Shown here piece by piece: positions 1 through 11,056 of a stretch of DNA of 64,000 bases. The position numbers were made by a program, and so were the translations under genes. The stretch's first letter is position 1; each line of letters starts with the position of its first letter. The stretch is from Bacillota bacterium (GTDB taxonomy: Bacteria; Bacillota; Clostridia; Christensenellales; Aristaeellaceae), in the NCBI GenBank assembly GCA_023425025.1, contig JAFADG010000045.1, positions 8,172 through 72,171 of the forward strand. The letters run 5' to 3'. The notes beneath the pieces are model-generated. The model saw only the letters and a program-made list of their open reading frames with translations. It was not told the DNA's origin and made no database searches.

Positions 1-439
1 TGCCCATCAGCCCCGAAACGGAGGAGATATTAATGATACGTCCCCAGCGCTTGCGCAAAAAATCGCCGTAAGCGGTACGGATGACGTAAAAAGCGCCGTT
101 CAGATTCACCTGGATAACCTTGTCGAAGGCTTCCTGGCTCATGCGCGGGGTCAGGCCGTCCATGGTGATGCCGGCGTTGTTGACGAGGATGTCCACCGTG
201 CCCCATTCCGCCTTGATGCGGGCAAAGGCTTCCTGCACGGAAGTCAAATTGCCGACATCACACTTTAGCGCCATGGCCTTTGTGCCCAGGGCCTGCAGGT
301 CGCCGAGCGTCTTCTGCGCGGCGTCCTCGTTGCCGGCATAGAAGAAGGCCACATGCGCGCCTTCCTTGGCCAGGCGCAGGGCGATGGCCCGGCCGATCCC
401 ACGGGAGCCGCCGGTGACCAGGGCAATTTTATCCCGCAT
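1..439 (-). CDS. fabG: 3-oxoacyl-[ACP] reductase FabG, N-terminal part (the gene runs off the left edge)
   Basis: Reverse translation from the ATG at 439-437 gives MRDKIALVTGGSRGIGRAIALRLAKEGAHV, with the SDR TGxxxGxG motif. ATGA start/stop overlap with fabD. Last gene of the fab operon. Confidence 0.9.
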   Translation of the reverse strand, partial: MRDKIALVTGGSRGIGRAIALRLAKEGAHVAFFYAGNEDAAQKTLGDLQALGTKAMALKCDVGNLTSVQEAFARIKAEWGTVDILVNNAGITMDGLTPRMSQEAFDKVIQVNLNGAFYVIRTAYGDFLRKRWGRIINISSVSGLMG

Positions 440-1362
440 CAGGGCTTTCCCCCTTCCAATATGGTGACGGCTTCGGCGAGGCTTGCCGCGTTTTCCACGT
501 GGCAGACAGTCGCGTCGGGGATGATTTTTTTGATCAAGCCGGTCAATACTGTGCCGGGCCCCAGCTCCACAAACAAATCCGCGCCCGCATCCTTCATGCC
601 GCGCACGGTTTGCTCCCACAATACCGGGTGATCTACCTGTTCACTGAGCAGTTTGGCGGCATCCGGCCCGTAAGGCGCCGCGGTGCGGTTGGCATACAGG
701 GGTACGGAGGGAAGATGGGTGACAGCGGTTTTCAGCCAGCCGTCAAGCGCCTGCGCGGCGTCGGACATCAGCGGCGAATGAAACGCGCCCCCGACCTTCA
801 GCGGCATAGCACGGCCGCCCTGCTCCGACACTGCCTGCAAAAAGGCTTCCTTTTGATGTACAGCGCCGGATACGACCACCTGACCGGGAGCATTAAAGTT
901 TACGGGATACACATCGGCAAACTTTTCGCAAAGGGATATGACCAATTCGTTGGACAGGCGCAGCACCGCGGCCATGAAGCCGGGGGCTGAATCGGCGCAA
1001 GACTGCATCAAACGGGCGCGTTCCTGTATAAATGCAAATGAAGTTTCAAAATCCAAAACACCCGTAAAGGATGCGGCCGCCACTTCTCCCAGGGAGAAGC
1101 CGGCGCAAAGGTCAGGCAGTATGCCCTTTTCCAAAAGGGCTGCCGCGCACATCATATCCACCGTGAAAAGGCAGGGCTGGGTATTGGCTGTAATGGCCAG
1201 TTCCTCTGCGGTGCCGTTGAAACATTGCTCCATGGTGCCGGGGCGGAGCCGCTCCGCCTCGTCCATGATTTTTCTGGCGGCAGGGGAGCCATCATAGAGC
1301 TCCTTGCCCATACCGGGATACTGGGCCCCCTGGCCCGCGAAAACAAACGCTACTTTACCCAT
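439..1362 (-). CDS. fabD: malonyl-CoA:ACP transacylase
   Basis: 307 aa. N-terminus VAFVFAGQGAQYPGMG and active-site GFSLGE motif. Lies between fabK and fabG. Confidence 0.93.
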   Translation of the reverse strand: MGKVAFVFAGQGAQYPGMGKELYDGSPAARKIMDEAERLRPGTMEQCFNGTAEELAITANTQPCLFTVDMMCAAALLEKGILPDLCAGFSLGEVAAASFTGVLDFETSFAFIQERARLMQSCADSAPGFMAAVLRLSNELVISLCEKFADVYPVNFNAPGQVVVSGAVHQKEAFLQAVSEQGGRAMPLKVGGAFHSPLMSDAAQALDGWLKTAVTHLPSVPLYANRTAAPYGPDAAKLLSEQVDHPVLWEQTVRGMKDAGADLFVELGPGTVLTGLIKKIIPDATVCHVENAASLAEAVTILEGGKP

Positions 1363-2297
1363 GGGGCAGCCCCTTGCAGGCGGGCCTCCGCCTGTGCAAA
1401 CATTTCTTTGATGATTTGTTCTGCCGGCAGGCAGCTTGCCACAAGCCCGGCGGATTGCCCGGCCATGAAGCAGCCCGTTTCCAGATCACCGTCCACCGCG
1501 GCGCGGCGTAGCGCGCCGGAACCGAAGGCTTCCAGCTGCTCATTGGTAACGGAGGGGTCTTCTTCCCTTTGGCGGAAGGCCTGCATATAGGCGCTTTTCA
1601 GCCCGCGGACGGGGTGGCCCAGCTTGCGGCCGGTGACCATGGTGTCGATGTCGCGGGCCTTTACCACCTGGTCCTTGTAGTTGTCGTGGATGCGGCACTC
1701 GCAGGAGGCCAGGAACCTGGTGCCGCACTGCACACCCTGGGCGCCCAGCATGAACGCTGCGGCAATGCCCCGGCCATCGGCGATGCCGCCGGCTGCCAAC
1801 ACGGGGATCGATACGGCATCCACCACCTGGGGTACCAAGGTCATGGTCGTCAGTTCGCCGATATGGCCGCCGGATTCGCAGCCTTCGGCGATGACGGCGC
1901 TTGCGCCTTCCCGCTCCACCCGCTTGGCGATGGCCACGGAGGGGATGACCGGCACGACCTTGATGCCGGCCGGAATCCATTTTTTCATGTATACGCCGGG
2001 GAAGCCCGCGCCGGTGGTCACCACGGGCACCTTCTCCTCCAGCACCACCTGGGCCGTTTCCTCCACAAAGGGACTCATGAGCATGATGTTGACGCCAAAA
2101 GGCTTGCTGGTCAGCTCGCGGCATTTTTGAATCTGGGCCCGCAGGTATTCGCCGTTCAGGCTCATGGCGGAAATGATGCCAAGCCCGCCGGCGTTGGAAA
2201 CTGCCGCGGCGAGATAAGCGTCCGACACCCAGGCCATGCCACCCTGAAAAATGGGGTATTCAAGGCCAAACAGTTTGGTAACAGCCGTTTCCATCAT
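1350..2297 (-). CDS. fabK: enoyl-[ACP] reductase II (FMN-dependent, nitronate monooxygenase fold)
   Basis: 315 aa, LEYPIFQGGMAWVS and glycine-rich FMN barrel motifs. In the acpP-fabK-fabD order typical of streptococcal/clostridial FASII clusters. Confidence 0.85.
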   Translation of the reverse strand: MMETAVTKLFGLEYPIFQGGMAWVSDAYLAAAVSNAGGLGIISAMSLNGEYLRAQIQKCRELTSKPFGVNIMLMSPFVEETAQVVLEEKVPVVTTGAGFPGVYMKKWIPAGIKVVPVIPSVAIAKRVEREGASAVIAEGCESGGHIGELTTMTLVPQVVDAVSIPVLAAGGIADGRGIAAAFMLGAQGVQCGTRFLASCECRIHDNYKDQVVKARDIDTMVTGRKLGHPVRGLKSAYMQAFRQREEDPSVTNEQLEAFGSGALRRAAVDGDLETGCFMAGQSAGLVASCLPAEQIIKEMFAQAEARLQGAAPWVK

Positions 2298-2518
2298 GCT
2301 TTTGCTCCGTCGATCACGCGTACCAGGTCGCTGACAGACACCATGTCCTTGGTGATTTCGATGGTCACGTCAAAGGCGTCTTCCAGGTCCATCACCAGTT
2401 CCGCCACGTCCAGGGAATCCAGCTTCAGGTCTTGAAATTTGCTTTCCAGGGTGATTTCGCTGGGGGAGGACCCTTTGCGCTGGGCGACGAGTTCGGCTAC
2501 CTTTTCAAACGTGTTCAT
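2294..2518 (-). CDS. acpP: acyl carrier protein
   Basis: 74 aa, acidic, with the phosphopantetheine Ser motif LKLDSLDVAELV. 4-nt overlap with fabK. Confidence 0.92.
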   Translation of the reverse strand: MNTFEKVAELVAQRKGSSPSEITLESKFQDLKLDSLDVAELVMDLEDAFDVTIEITKDMVSVSDLVRVIDGAKA

Positions 2519-2569
2519 GATGTTTTCCCTCCTGCATATTTTGTATTATTAAATAGAAGAATGCCTGTG

Positions 2570-3532
2570 TTACCTTGGGCCGCTTTGCCATCTTAATACG
2601 CAGGCGCCGGTGGATAAGCCCGCGCCGAAGGCGCTCATGACGATGAGGTCATTGTTTTGAAGGCGGCCCTGCTGATTGAGCTCATCGAGCAAAATGGGGA
2701 TGCTGGCGGAGGAGGTGTTGCCCACGTGGCTTATGTTGCAGGGGAATCTCTCTTCCGGGGCGTTCAAGCGCTGGCGCACGGATTCCAAAATCCTGCGGTT
2801 GGCCTGGTGCAAAAGGAACCACTGTACGTCTTCCTGGGCGATCCCCGCATCAGAAAGCACCTTTGAAATATCCTCCGTGGCATGGGAGACGGCGAATTTG
2901 AAAACTTCCTGCCCCGCCATGTGCACGCCGGCGGCAACCTTTAAGGGTGCCGCGAAGGGATTGTTGTTGGGCGCGGGCTGGATAAACAGCGTATCCCTGT
3001 CTTCGCTGACGCCCAGGCGGATGGACAGCAAGCCTTCCCCGCCGTCCAGGACCACGGCCCCGGCTCCGTCGCCGAACAGCACGCAGGTGGCCCGGTCGCT
3101 CCAGTCGCAAAGCCTGGACATGCCCTCGGCGCTTACAATCAATATCTTCTTCGCTTTGCCGCTTTGTATGTAGGCTAGGGCCGTGTCCAGCCCGTAGAGA
3201 AAGCCTGTGCAGGCGGCGTTTACATCCATGCAGGGGCAGCTTGCGCCGACGGCCTTTTGCACAAGGCAGGCCGTGGCCGGGGCGATCAGCTCGCCGCGTG
3301 TGGTGGTGCCAATGATCAGATCGATTTCGCTGCCGGCCACCTGGGCGCTCTCCAGCGCCCGCTGCGCGGCCAGTATGGCCAAATCGGCCAGTGTTTCTTC
3401 TGTGAGAATGTGCCTGCTTTCTATCCCTGTCCTGGTCTTGATCCATTCGTCGCTGGTGTCCAAAAATTTTGCCAGAGCGTCGTTGTTCACCGTAAGGGCC
3501 GGCAGTGCGCTGCCTGTCCCCAGAATCCTCAA
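2570..3532 (-). CDS. fabH: 3-oxoacyl-[ACP] synthase III
   Basis: 320 aa. KAS III motifs NAACTGF (catalytic Cys), LHQAN, and SAFGAGLS near the C-terminus. Confidence 0.93.
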   Translation of the reverse strand: MRILGTGSALPALTVNNDALAKFLDTSDEWIKTRTGIESRHILTEETLADLAILAAQRALESAQVAGSEIDLIIGTTTRGELIAPATACLVQKAVGASCPCMDVNAACTGFLYGLDTALAYIQSGKAKKILIVSAEGMSRLCDWSDRATCVLFGDGAGAVVLDGGEGLLSIRLGVSEDRDTLFIQPAPNNNPFAAPLKVAAGVHMAGQEVFKFAVSHATEDISKVLSDAGIAQEDVQWFLLHQANRRILESVRQRLNAPEERFPCNISHVGNTSSASIPILLDELNQQGRLQNNDLIVMSAFGAGLSTGACVLRWQSGPR

Positions 3533-4029
3533 TGCGCTTCATCTCCTTGAACCGGGGTATTCTCTTTTTGTGTCTGGATAAGCAGTTCCTGGGTTTGAAT
3601 AAAGGTTTTCAGGTTGCGCAGCCCCTTTAGCAATACTTCCCTTTCCGCGTCGGGAATATCCTTTGTTACGGCCTGCACCATCTGCCGGTGGAAAAAGCGG
3701 TGGGAAACCTCCGCCCGCCGGCCCGCCTCCGTCAAAAGGACGTGGACCGTCCGACCATCCTCCCGGCCCTTCTGCTTGCGGACATAGCCCTTTTGCGCCA
3801 GCTTGCCTACGGCTACCGTCACCGTGGGCAGGGTGATGGAAAGGTCCTGGGCGATGTCCGTAATGGTACGGCCTTTTACCGGTTCCCTGTGGACGGCTTC
3901 CAGCATGTGCAGTTCGCTGATGCTCAGATCACTGCCGTTCATGTTTTTGATGGTCTGCTCTTCCAGCTTGAGAATCGTGTTGAAGGTGCTTACCAAAAGG
4001 TCGTTGAGGGCAGCGGCAAAAGCGTTCAT
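3529..4029 (-). CDS. fabT: MarR-family transcriptional regulator, FabT-like by position
   Basis: Winged-helix MarR signature (ITDIAQDLSITLPTVTVAVGKLAQKGYV). First gene of the fab operon and overlaps the fabH start. ATG at 4029 follows GAGGTGG; the track start at 4041 is a TTG. Confidence 0.7.
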   Translation of the reverse strand: MNAFAAALNDLLVSTFNTILKLEEQTIKNMNGSDLSISELHMLEAVHREPVKGRTITDIAQDLSITLPTVTVAVGKLAQKGYVRKQKGREDGRTVHVLLTEAGRRAEVSHRFFHRQMVQAVTKDIPDAEREVLLKGLRNLKTFIQTQELLIQTQKENTPVQGDEAH

Positions 4030-4249
4030 AGGCCACCTCAAGATGATTTGTTAGTTAAACTAACAAAATGGATTATACTCCCGGTCCTATTTCATGTCAA
4101 TAGGCAAGAGAGCGTATACCGGATGCGGTGTATGGTGTGCCAAGCTGCATGGAAAAGGCAAACGGGCTGTGATATACTGGAGTAGGAAGAATCATTTCCT
4201 GCAAGCCAAGCTTTGCAGGAGCCGGATGAAATTGATATGTATACGGGGG

Positions 4250-4966
4250 ATGGCGGGTATGGATCAGGCGGATCATCCTATATACGAAGGCTTTATTGAA
4301 AATATCAGGCTGTATCACGATTTGTATGAAAAAGGATTAAAGAAAGAGGCCAACCGGCATATCGGCAAATTCGCTTCGGAATTTCAAACAACGCTGCCCA
4401 AAGAAATACGGGACGGCTTGCTGTATCGGTTTTGCCGTGATGTATGCGATGGCAAGGACCTGATTAAGCTAAGAAGGCGTGGTAACTGGAGGCTTCCTTA
4501 CCCTTTGGACCAATTGGTATGGGAGTATTTAAAGGAGCAATGCCGCCTTGAGGCTATGCCGCAGCTAAGGTGGACCTACGAGTTGTATGGGCATAATCCG
4601 TTTGATGCCGCATTTGACAGTTTTGAAATGCTGAAAAGGGCCTTTTCCCAAAAAGGCTGCGACGAGAAAACGGCAGAACTGTATTTTGATCATCATCTTC
4701 ATGTACTTTCTTATGGCGCCCATGAGTTTCCGAATGGCTGCTGTATAGCGCGCCCGACGTATGAAGAAATGATTCGTGAATGCCGTCATGTATTGGCAAT
4801 CAAAAGCATCAAGCGCGATCAGATCAATATGCTGATGTATTATGAAAAATTGTACAAATGCTTTTATGCGCATTATGACAGCGGGCGCGAAAAGGATTTT
4901 TATGCGTTATGCGAAAACGAAGGAATAAACTTTGAGAACATGCCGGCGTATTTTTACAAGCAATAA
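4250..4966 (+). CDS. hypothetical protein (Tyr/Cys/Lys-rich, no family recognised)
   Basis: Open frame with protein-like composition. ATG at 4250 follows a GGGGG run. The gene is visibly AT-richer than its neighbours. The track start at 4094 would add an implausible basic/Cys-rich leader. Confidence 0.5.
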   Translation: MAGMDQADHPIYEGFIENIRLYHDLYEKGLKKEANRHIGKFASEFQTTLPKEIRDGLLYRFCRDVCDGKDLIKLRRRGNWRLPYPLDQLVWEYLKEQCRLEAMPQLRWTYELYGHNPFDAAFDSFEMLKRAFSQKGCDEKTAELYFDHHLHVLSYGAHEFPNGCCIARPTYEEMIRECRHVLAIKSIKRDQINMLMYYEKLYKCFYAHYDSGREKDFYALCENEGINFENMPAYFYKQ

Positions 4967-5120
4967 AATAAGCGGAAGACAGGCAATCTGCTGGAAGTTT
5001 TTGCGTTTTGCCTGGATTGAGATCATGCAAAGCAAGCTTACGATCGAAAACTGCCCTGCTGACCGGAGAAACGCGATCGGCGGGGCGGCTTTCATTATTC
5101 TTGCCTGTTACGTCGTACGA

Positions 5121-5777
5121 TCACTCAGACTCCTTGCGGATGATGTCCAGAATGGCTATGCCGCCTGTGTTTCCTTCGCCTGTCACAAGGTTCTTGGGGG
5201 AATGAATGTTATACATGAAGCCTGCTTCGCCGTACTTTTTGTCGATGCCCAGGGCGTATTCCGGCTGCATGGCAATGTGCGTAACCTTCCCGGCAACAAG
5301 GGAGATGATGCCGGCGCCGGACAGGTCCAGCGTTTGGTCAAGCTTGCATTCCAGGCAGAGAAACGCTTCCCCGATGCGGGGAACGCCGACTGTTTCGGCA
5401 TTTTCCGCGGTAAAGCCGCCGGCTTCAAACTCGTCCTGGTCCTCGCCGTTCTTGTGAATGGTGGCGATCAGGCTGTCATAATAGTCTTTCGATAGGAAGT
5501 TGACGACGAACTCGCCCGTGCGGGTGATATTTTTGCAGGTATGCCCGTGCTGGCCAAGGCCCCCCAGGATGGCGTGAAATGCCTGGCCGTCCCCGCAGAA
5601 GGTGCTCCAGGAATGGAAGCAGACGTTGGGCTTTCCGTTTTCCTTTACGGTGGTGATGGCAAACAGCAGGTTGGGTATGCCGCAGGCATACTCCAAATGG
5701 GAGAAGAAGCTGTACTGGCCATCCCAGGCGGCGGTGAAATTTTCGGGCTTCACGGTGCCCATTTCAATCTTGTGCAT
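5121..5777 (-). CDS. flavin reductase-like (FMN-binding split-barrel) domain protein
   Basis: 218 aa. PNLLFAITTVKENGKPNVCFHSWSTF fits the flavin-reductase-domain pattern. 47 nt downstream of the WYL regulator on the same strand. Confidence 0.55.
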   Translation of the reverse strand: MHKIEMGTVKPENFTAAWDGQYSFFSHLEYACGIPNLLFAITTVKENGKPNVCFHSWSTFCGDGQAFHAILGGLGQHGHTCKNITRTGEFVVNFLSKDYYDSLIATIHKNGEDQDEFEAGGFTAENAETVGVPRIGEAFLCLECKLDQTLDLSGAGIISLVAGKVTHIAMQPEYALGIDKKYGEAGFMYNIHSPKNLVTGEGNTGGIAILDIIRKESE

Positions 5778-5824
5778 GGTGGTCCCTCCTTTTTTGTACC
5801 ATCATACAGGAGGGAACACGACAT

Positions 5825-6742
5825 CTATTTGTCCTGTCCGCTGTAGGCCAAAAACATTTTCCGTGCGGTCTCCCTGATTTCCAGGGCCAAATCAGATGGC
5901 TCAATCACTTTTGCCTTGTCGCCAAAGCCCAATAGCCAGCCGGTGATGAATTGCCTGTTGGTATAGCCGCAGGAAAAGCGCAAGGACCCGTCCGCCTGCG
6001 TTTGATAACAGTCCGGTCCGTATGCGTCGATGAGCAGATGCCGGGCGGAAGGATGAAAGTCCGCCGTCAAACGGTGCTCGTCCGGAAACCTGGCGGCAAA
6101 ATCCATGGTTTCCGGCGGAATCTCCCTGGGACGGAAGGCTTCCAAAAGCACCTCAAGCGCCCACAGGCGGTTCATTTTGAACAGGCGGAAATCCTGCCGA
6201 TCCAGGCAATAGCCGAACACATACCAGGCGGACCACTGGAAGACGATGCAATACGGCTCCACCTGCCTGCGGGCCTGCCCTTTTTCTGAATAATAGTCAA
6301 ACGCGATCAGGTTGGCGGCGGCGATGGCCTTTTTGATGCTGCTGATTTTGGCGGACAGGCTGCCCCCGTAATAGGAAGACAGGTCGATGACCATGCTTTC
6401 CCGAAGGGATACCACGGCGTCGCCGCCTTTTGCCAGCTTGTCCAGCACGCGCTCCATGTGCGAATCCTTGTCCACCGTGCCAAGGCCCTTTACGGCGGCC
6501 AGCAGCGTTTGCAGTTCCTGTACGGTGAGCACGGACTTGTCGATTTTATAGCCTTCCGCCAGGGAAATGCCGCCATTGCCGCCCTGCCGCGTGACAATGG
6601 GGATACCGGCCATGCACAGGGCGTCGATGTCCCGGCCGATGGTGCGGCGGGTGACCTCGAATTTTTTTGCCAGCTGCGGCGCGGTGACGGCGCTGCTCTG
6701 CAACAGCGTGGTGAGGATGCCCATCAGCCTGTCGATTTTCAT
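5825..6742 (-). CDS. YafY-family transcriptional regulator (HTH + WYL domain)
   Basis: MKIDRLMGILTTLLQSSAVTAPQLAKKFEVTRRTIGRDIDAL is a typical DeoR/YafY HTH, and the central block EPYCIVFQWSAWYVFGYC is WYL-like. ATG at 6742 is preceded by GGAG. The upstream 73 codons in the track look non-coding. Confidence 0.8.
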   Translation of the reverse strand: MKIDRLMGILTTLLQSSAVTAPQLAKKFEVTRRTIGRDIDALCMAGIPIVTRQGGNGGISLAEGYKIDKSVLTVQELQTLLAAVKGLGTVDKDSHMERVLDKLAKGGDAVVSLRESMVIDLSSYYGGSLSAKISSIKKAIAAANLIAFDYYSEKGQARRQVEPYCIVFQWSAWYVFGYCLDRQDFRLFKMNRLWALEVLLEAFRPREIPPETMDFAARFPDEHRLTADFHPSARHLLIDAYGPDCYQTQADGSLRFSCGYTNRQFITGWLLGFGDKAKVIEPSDLALEIRETARKMFLAYSGQDK

Positions 6743-6912
6743 GCGTACTCCTCTGTTTGTTGACCGGTATTTTTCCGTGTATTTCGATGCCTGAATGGGA
6801 AAGACCTGCACCGCGTTTTTTGGACGCTCCGTCAACGCCGGTGGAGCACCGGTGATCGACAAGCCAGGGGAAGTGCGCAAAAAAATCCCGTAACCCGGCT
6901 GACATGGATAAA

Positions 6913-6949
6913 GCGATGCCCTGGCGGTGATAGACCGCCAGGGCATCGC
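6913..6949 (-). terminator. terminator after the GH2 gene
   Basis: 15-bp stem GCGATGCCCTGGCGG/CCGCCAGGGCATCGC with a 7-nt loop, followed on the minus strand by TTTATCC. Confidence 0.6.
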
Positions 6950-6967
6950 GCGTGGATACAATGGGGT

Positions 6968-9952
<2,985 letters not shown>

Positions 9953-10091
9953 TTACATCCTTTCTTACAGAACAAAATCCACTGTACTTATTGTAACCAA
10001 AGCGGGGCTTTCGTCCATTGACAAAAAGGGCAAAAACATGCACAATATGCGCATCTGGTTCGTGCCGGGCACGGGGGGATGGGTACGCGTT

Positions 10092-10949
10092 ATGCGCATG
10101 GATGCAGGATATTTCTACGGTCAGGACACCGATGTGTTTGGGGTCGAACCTGACATATTTGTCTCAAGCTGCGGCCACTACCAGTTGATCCGCCGGGAGA
10201 TGTTCGAAACCGTCCGCCGGGAAGGCAGGCACGACTGGCAGCTGTTGTACGTGGCCGGCGGAAAGGCCCATTTTTATTTGCCGGAGGGGGAACTGACGCT
10301 CAAAGAGGGCGAGGCGTTTCTCTATCCCCCTGGCCAGCCCCAGCGGTACGGATACTTCCTGCGCGAAAAGCCGGATATCTACTGGCTGCACTTTGCCGGC
10401 GAAAAGGCGTTCACCCTTTTGGACAAGGCCGGGCTGCCTGCCCTTGCGCCCTTTTGCCCAGGCTTTCACAGCCATATGACCCTGCTCTTTGACAGAATCA
10501 TTCGGGAGCTGCAGCAAAACGGCCTGTATAGCAAGGAGCTGGCCTCCGCCTACGCCCAGGCGCTTTTTTATTTGCTTTCCCGCGGGGTCAGCGAAAAAGT
10601 CTCGCAAAAGGATGCCGCCGGGCCGGAGATTGCAAAAGCGGTGGAGTGGATGCACAAGCATCCGGAAGACCCGTCTCCCATGAACGAATACGCCAAACGG
10701 GCCAACATGAGCCTTTCCACTTTCATCAGAAGGTTCCGCGCCCATACGGGCGTGCCGCCCCAAAGGTACATCACGCGGCTGCGCATGACAAACGCCAGGG
10801 AGCTGATGGATTCCACCACCCTGCCCATCACCGACATCGCCAGGCTGGTGGGGTATGACAACCCGCTGTATTTCAGCAGGATGTTTAAGAAAGAAACGGG
10901 GATGTCGCCAAGGGGGTACAGGCAGGGGGACCAGAAGCGCGCAAAATAG
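10092..10949 (+). CDS. AraC-family transcriptional regulator (cupin sensor + HTH)
   Basis: C-terminal double HTH (PITDIARLVGYDNPLYFSRMFKKETGMSPRGYR). Divergent from the GH2 gene. Start chosen at MRMDAGYF; 10038 and 10098 are also possible. Confidence 0.85.
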   Translation: MRMDAGYFYGQDTDVFGVEPDIFVSSCGHYQLIRREMFETVRREGRHDWQLLYVAGGKAHFYLPEGELTLKEGEAFLYPPGQPQRYGYFLREKPDIYWLHFAGEKAFTLLDKAGLPALAPFCPGFHSHMTLLFDRIIRELQQNGLYSKELASAYAQALFYLLSRGVSEKVSQKDAAGPEIAKAVEWMHKHPEDPSPMNEYAKRANMSLSTFIRRFRAHTGVPPQRYITRLRMTNARELMDSTTLPITDIARLVGYDNPLYFSRMFKKETGMSPRGYRQGDQKRAK

Positions 10950-11007
10950 CCGTATCCATACTAAGCATTTCCCTGGCCAAGTAATATTGCTTTCATACGC
11001 ATGCAAA

Positions 11008-11047
11008 ACATCCCGCCCAGGTGTTGCCTGAACGGGACGTTTGTTTT
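11008..11047. terminator. bidirectional terminator between the AraC gene and adhE
   Basis: Nested stem ACATCCCG..CAGG/CCTG..CGGGACGT, flanked by TTTGTTTT on the plus strand and TGTTTT on the minus strand. Confidence 0.5.
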
Positions 11048-11056
11048 GACGCTGAT

